Part shown: piece after piece, positions 60,501 to 64,000 of the stretch
Numbering within the stretch: the stretch's first letter is position 1
Layout of the letters: each line of letters starts with the position of its first letter
Virus record (IMG/VR): IMGVR_UViG_3300042314_001187
Location: 1 to 64,000 of that record
Length of the DNA: 64,000 nucleotides
DNA from: an uncultured virus (IMG/VR IMGVR_UViG_3300042314_001187)
Lineage: Duplodnaviria; Heunggongvirae; Uroviricota; Caudoviricetes
Strand: one strand, 5' to 3'
Translations under genes and position numbers: made by a program
Notes under the pieces: generated by a model
What the model was told of the DNA's origin: nothing
The model's database searches: none
What the model saw: the letters and a program-made list of their open reading frames with translations, nothing else

Positions 60501-62646
60501 CAGACGGGTGGTCTACAATTATTTTCCAACTTAACGAACCCGTTCTACTTGTACTTTTATACGTATAAATTGGTTCAGGTCTACCTAAGAAAACCGCTTG
60601 TCCCCAATCCGCCTGACTAGTGTCATTAAATTGTAAACTATACGGTGGGAACCACATAACTCTACCCCCATTTGGCCCTCTTTCACAAACAGGTAAATCA
60701 TCATAAGTTAAACCAGGTTTACTTGATGTTCTCCAAGCTAAGTTCTCAATCGAGAACATATATTTTTTAACGTGACCTCCCTTACCACTAGCATCATCAG
60801 GTATGATGTTTGTTGAATCAACACCTTTTAATGGTGCAATATTAAGATTATATGTATTATCTAATACTGAATATGTGAAACGTCTTCCCGATGTTGTTAT
60901 ACCATCAGTTTTTTGTAAATCCGCGTAAGTGTAATATGGAGTGTCTTTTGTAAATACGCGACAATACTCCATACCTTGTTGAGAACCATCAGTGTTATCT
61001 TTATATGACAACACCATTGAACCTTTTGTCATTTCTTTATAACCATCATTAAAGACTTTACTCACTTGATTCATCGCATTACCAACGTGTTTTAATCTGT
61101 TGACACCTGACACGTTATCCGCAGAATCAATTAATCTTTGAGTATTGTCTAATATTGAATTCTCCTTGAAATCAATCGCTGATGATTCGGCTTTTTGAAA
61201 GTTACTTGATATCTCATTGAATTGTTCGTCTTTAGAACCTGAACCACCACCCGGTGTCGCTTTGAACCCTGCGTTTGATTTGTATTTTGGGGAAACCCAA
61301 ACTAAACCACCATCAATACCACCCCCATCAGTTAATGATTTACCCGCAAACCCAAAATTTAAATCATTTTGATTACCTTCAAACAATATACCTAACTCTG
61401 AAGGCCCATAAACAGGACTTTCAACTTGTTCCCCATAAGGATTGACAGGTATTGCATCTGAAGGTGATGTTATAGTACTAGGTTCTGAATTAACACTACC
61501 AACATAGTAACCTCCCGATAACGTACCATTATCATTAATTAGACTCGCAGCTAAATTAACTATCGCTTGTGCAATACCTAATATACCACCAAAGTCTTTT
61601 TTATAACCCGGTTGATATCTATTTAAATCAATATTGTTAAACAATACCGACCTTTGACCGTTACCTGTGTTTGCTAAAAATATTTGTGAAGGATTTCTTT
61701 TAATATTTAATATCGGACCTAAAAACCCCCCCGTTAATTGATTAATAACATTTAACGCGTTTGAGGTTTGTTGAGTTTGAAGACCTCCACTAGTATTTTC
61801 ATCAAAATAATCACCAGGTATAAAAGAAACAGGCCAATAAGCACCTGACAATCTTGTAGCAAAATCAAAGGCTGCTGTCACAGGTGATTCAGGAACTGTA
61901 ATTCTCCAATTACGATAAATTAAAGGTTCTTTACCTGAAGCCAATAAACTCGCCTCAAATGGGTCTGATAATGATTGTAAATTAACCGCACCAACAGTAT
62001 TCTGATAAATTTCAAAATTAACTCTTTCTTGAAATAAGAAGTTTAATTGTTTAGCACCAATTCTGGCTAAGTAAGAATCATTAGATAATTTACCATCACT
62101 ACCTGTTGGGTCAGTAGATATTAATATTTCATACGGTGAATATAATGACGCTATGTAAGTTGCTGGTGTTACTGTATTATCTAAAACATATGGTAAAAAT
62201 AATTTATTATTATTTTGTATGTCATTAACATTTATAACATATTGATAATTCCCTGTAAGTGGTATAAATTTGTTTTGTATTAATGGTGATGTTGGTAAAA
62301 TATTTAAATATAAACCACCACTACTTAACACAGTACTTTGAAGTGGAGCGTAAGGTCCTTGATTTGGAATAATAGGTAACAATGGTCCGTTAAAACCAAT
62401 AGTCTTATCAAAACCACCATCAGGCCCAAATTGATTTAAAGTATATAATTTATCAGCGAATGGGTCATTAGCAATTAAATCATTAGGGGAATCAACCACT
62501 GCTGATTGATTCAAAATAATTTCATAATTTAGTGGACCTGCAGGTGGTGTATACACACCTGTCACACTGTATGTGGCTAAATTTTTAGCCATTAACGCAT
62601 CTCTAAATGATGAAGATGAAGCAAATGATAGTGTACTATTCGGCAT
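57556..62646 (-). CDS. large tail-tube initiator-like (gp48/gp54/Afp7-like) protein with inserted OmpA-like domain
   Basis: FPPY..QFND...W....LGRPEPIYTY..TSR...LSW and PPVLVLRIGD...PMIANVTLSF halves flank FYFEND..EGSAS..YNKKLSDRR..V..FL..CRRV. Confidence 0.65.
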   Translation of the reverse strand: MPNSTLSFASSSSFRDALMAKNLATYSVTGVYTPPAGPLNYEIILNQSAVVDSPNDLIANDPFADKLYTLNQFGPDGGFDKTIGFNGPLLPIIPNQGPYAPLQSTVLSSGGLYLNILPTSPLIQNKFIPLTGNYQYVINVNDIQNNNKLFLPYVLDNTVTPATYIASLYSPYEILISTDPTGSDGKLSNDSYLARIGAKQLNFLFQERVNFEIYQNTVGAVNLQSLSDPFEASLLASGKEPLIYRNWRITVPESPVTAAFDFATRLSGAYWPVSFIPGDYFDENTSGGLQTQQTSNALNVINQLTGGFLGPILNIKRNPSQIFLANTGNGQRSVLFNNIDLNRYQPGYKKDFGGILGIAQAIVNLAASLINDNGTLSGGYYVGSVNSEPSTITSPSDAIPVNPYGEQVESPVYGPSELGILFEGNQNDLNFGFAGKSLTDGGGIDGGLVWVSPKYKSNAGFKATPGGGSGSKDEQFNEISSNFQKAESSAIDFKENSILDNTQRLIDSADNVSGVNRLKHVGNAMNQVSKVFNDGYKEMTKGSMVLSYKDNTDGSQQGMEYCRVFTKDTPYYTYADLQKTDGITTSGRRFTYSVLDNTYNLNIAPLKGVDSTNIIPDDASGKGGHVKKYMFSIENLAWRTSSKPGLTYDDLPVCERGPNGGRVMWFPPYSLQFNDTSQADWGQAVFLGRPEPIYTYKSTSRTGSLSWKIIVDHPSVMNTVVEKQLKGASKERIESIIDSFFAGCVKYDIYELAIKFNTLSVSDLYTYQEILSNPRLTDVETVSQINKEIPKLPSDNSGTAGADVSTNNQQSQTEPDSSIKDFENNYLDFAFYFENDIPGKNPDTTTSEEYESIYNTYVSSTNIEKYKKNAESVFKSDDVNIHVGGFFDSVVKGNFNKIAGGDKNFITDAYDILSKGLGTISITMEGSASAKASPSYNKKLSDRRIDTVKKFLKSKIIGTKSLGEFFDKNLITIVNETGKGEEIVIPKTNVETGANGTTGTTTDSGTGTDVKCTENQEPSKAGVPKTTQNKNIAEINSTTAMACRRVKIKSITVKPNETTTTTTTARPVDVTSTAGNTQTIPVKKPEQQVNIVKKIKEGISKKILRNLLTECDYFQVIKESSPMIYDSFKEKIKYFNPTFHSMTPEGLNARLTFLNQCVRPGETIPVISDNTVKSLDAVNTSFGAPPVLVLRIGDFYNTKIIPDSVAFTYDPLVLDMNPEGIGLQPMIANVTLSFKIIGGMGLKEPVDQLQNALSFNYYANTEIYDERATWTEDTSALDKMVVDAIVAKQPPVSVSNDAAQQQTNDAGQTIGEIKTTTPLTPSGETGEMSYMKIMDVLYDNSKTYFTNTYNSMDEIRAKTNYGMLSVVCSKRDFMKGTLNLGGVESGNDVKILGKPVYQDNIDKLFSKVIDDINNGSNPILVGLVDKGFTVGSSDTTLNIIKTNLVKYVKSLKGPMSSDIGTIVNNKIGLPQQDFVQTIRKVSFVNSKTDGKILDSGGLKIYNLLSSPGFDELVADYTIFKKQLNDFYSLLTSTDYDYKIIPDKVKDDFAYVSKEDFKTIENKRFYIIMGRTFEDKNKVKDFIDKIITPNIKDVKKPKNLSRVFENIVDDLVDTYKDELKNELKAFEKFKKKSTYDKYINGLDEVLYKKGKARIVKFTTEPNPTEQATKETNLTYLYKGDPSKINNFEIFDGKIKFN

Positions 62647-62665
62647 TACTTATTTCTTTTATATT

Positions 62666-62672
62666 ATAAATA
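62666..62672 (-). promoter_or_regulatory. TATTTAT putative late promoter element
   Basis: 19 nt upstream of ATG 62646. Confidence 0.5.
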
Positions 62673-62681
62673 GAATGTTTT

Positions 62682-64000
62682 TTATTTTCTTCCCATATAT
62701 CCTTTAGCACCGTCATTAGTTTTAGCCGCGTGTATCGCATTTATAACCGCAGTACGAACTTTAGGGTCTTTTAACATAATTTCTAATTGTTTAACATCCA
62801 TACCTGGAGGTGCATTAACATCTAATTTAAGAGTTATTTCACCGTTAATGTTATTAGTCTTACTTTCAACATCCAATATTTTCTCTAACTGTTGTTGACT
62901 AATACCTGAACCAATAGAAACGTCTTTTAAAACATCAGTTGACGTTGTGGGATTTATTTTAGTTAATGTCGGTTCGGAAATTTCTTTTATGGTTTCTTTT
63001 TTTTTATTATCAATTAAATCAACATCAACTTTTTCAACTTTACCTGCGTACTCTACAAATTTATCTAAAATGGTAACAACCGCTTTAGCGTACTCATTTT
63101 TACCACCCATAATTTTTTCAGTCTCTTCAGTACCAAATTTTTTAACATCATCATATACTTTAGTAAGACCTTCACCAGTTTTTGTGGCAGCGTCCTTAAA
63201 TGCGTTTGCAACATCAGTCATAGAACCTTCACCTGTTGCTAATTTAGCTAAAGCTGTACTTATACCACCAACATTATCATCAAATCCTTTTCTGATACTC
63301 GATATATTTAACGCCTTATCGAATGTATTTGCAACACCCAAAACTAATTGATTTTCAGCTTCTAAAAATTTACCTGTTGTACTACTTGAAGCAATAGCTT
63401 TACCTGTTTTACCTCTTAATGCGTTTAAAGCATTAAGTTGTTCTTTTTCATAAGTATTTGACTCTCTTAACAACTCTTCAGTAGTCTTTGGTGTATTGGC
63501 TTCAAGTAATTCATTTAATTTGTTTTTATCACCACCAATATCCTGAAGAACTTTATTTAAGTCTTGCATTTGACCATTAACATTAATTTTCACTTCACCA
63601 TCTTTTAGTTGTGAAACATTAGTTAATAATTGTTTTTGTTCTTCAGAAATTCCTAAATCACTTGGGAATTGAATTTTCTGCATTTTAATCTCAGCCTCTT
63701 TCGCTGCTTTAGACATTTTAGATAACTCTCCTGTTGAAATACCCATTTCCTGAGCCAATTGTCTCATTTTTCGAATACTACCAGGTGCAATTCTAACATT
63801 ACCTTTAGCGTCTAACTCAGTCAAAGATTTACCCATTTCACCAAGTGACTTAGCAAATTGTTCAGGGTCATTCATTGACATATTCATCAATTTAAGTGGG
63901 TCTAACAATTCACTTTGGGTAACTCCTAATCTTTGGAATGCTGACGCCATTTTAATAGCACCTTCAGGGTCAAATGCTTTTTCAACAACACCCATTATCG
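62682..64000 (-). CDS. probable tape measure protein, C-terminal part (start outside window)
   Basis: Helical A/K/E/Q/M-rich sequence, C-terminal INGEITLKLDVNAP, position upstream of tube-initiator/LysM/hub genes; frame open at window edge. Confidence 0.65.
   Translation of the reverse strand, partial: IMGVVEKAFDPEGAIKMASAFQRLGVTQSELLDPLKLMNMSMNDPEQFAKSLGEMGKSLTELDAKGNVRIAPGSIRKMRQLAQEMGISTGELSKMSKAAKEAEIKMQKIQFPSDLGISEEQKQLLTNVSQLKDGEVKINVNGQMQDLNKVLQDIGGDKNKLNELLEANTPKTTEELLRESNTYEKEQLNALNALRGKTGKAIASSSTTGKFLEAENQLVLGVANTFDKALNISSIRKGFDDNVGGISTALAKLATGEGSMTDVANAFKDAATKTGEGLTKVYDDVKKFGTEETEKIMGGKNEYAKAVVTILDKFVEYAGKVEKVDVDLIDNKKKETIKEISEPTLTKINPTTSTDVLKDVSIGSGISQQQLEKILDVESKTNNINGEITLKLDVNAPPGMDVKQLEIMLKDPKVRTAVINAIHAAKTNDGAKGYMGRK

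Noticed and set aside
19..63351. Short ORFs overlapping real genes (e.g. 19..222, 959..1159, 2466..3011, 39444..39689, 44189..44509, 62947..63351)
   Set aside because: Antisense or alternative-frame shadows of well-supported genes, with no motifs
1..64000. Alternative genetic code (TAG or TGA recoding)
   Set aside because: Code 11 gives dense, full-length conserved genes; TAG and TGA end genes at sensible positions

Overview
AT-rich, gene-dense segment of a large contractile-tailed (myovirus-like, probably jumbo) bacteriophage using standard genetic code 11. Almost all genes are on the minus strand. Reading along that strand (from the right end): the C-terminal part of a probable tape measure gene, a tube-initiator-like protein with an OmpA-like insert, a LysM/gp53-like protein and a giant baseplate-hub-like protein. 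Next comes an embedded replication block (gp32-like SSB, RecA/UvsX, 5'-3' exonuclease, DnaB/gp41-like helicase, nrdB, nrdA). It is followed by gp25- and gp6-like wedge genes, large accessory structural genes (gpI/gp7-like, PKD, SprB-repeat, NIDO-like), a glycosyltransferase, a tail-fibre-anchor-like gene and a RuvC-like resolvase. The left end holds primase, a PD-(D/E)XK nuclease, SbcD and SbcC. A plus-strand 8.5 kb island (7422-15896) encodes Cys-rich and Thr/Pro-repeat (mucin/extensin-like) proteins. The best candidate for a novel system is a glycosyltransferase with motifs resembling plant peptide O-glycosyltransferases (GT96 SERGT1 / GT95 HPAT) sitting among Thr/Pro/Ser-rich putative virion proteins, suggesting a phage-encoded virion O-glycosylation system. 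Other notable items: a split gene with a possible 49-nt ribosomal bypass, a 20-bp repeat shared by two gene starts, an Mre11-Rad50 pair apparently split at a non-canonical point, and two promoter classes (TTGACA-17-TATAAT and TATTTAT). All family assignments come from motif recognition by eye; no searches were run.
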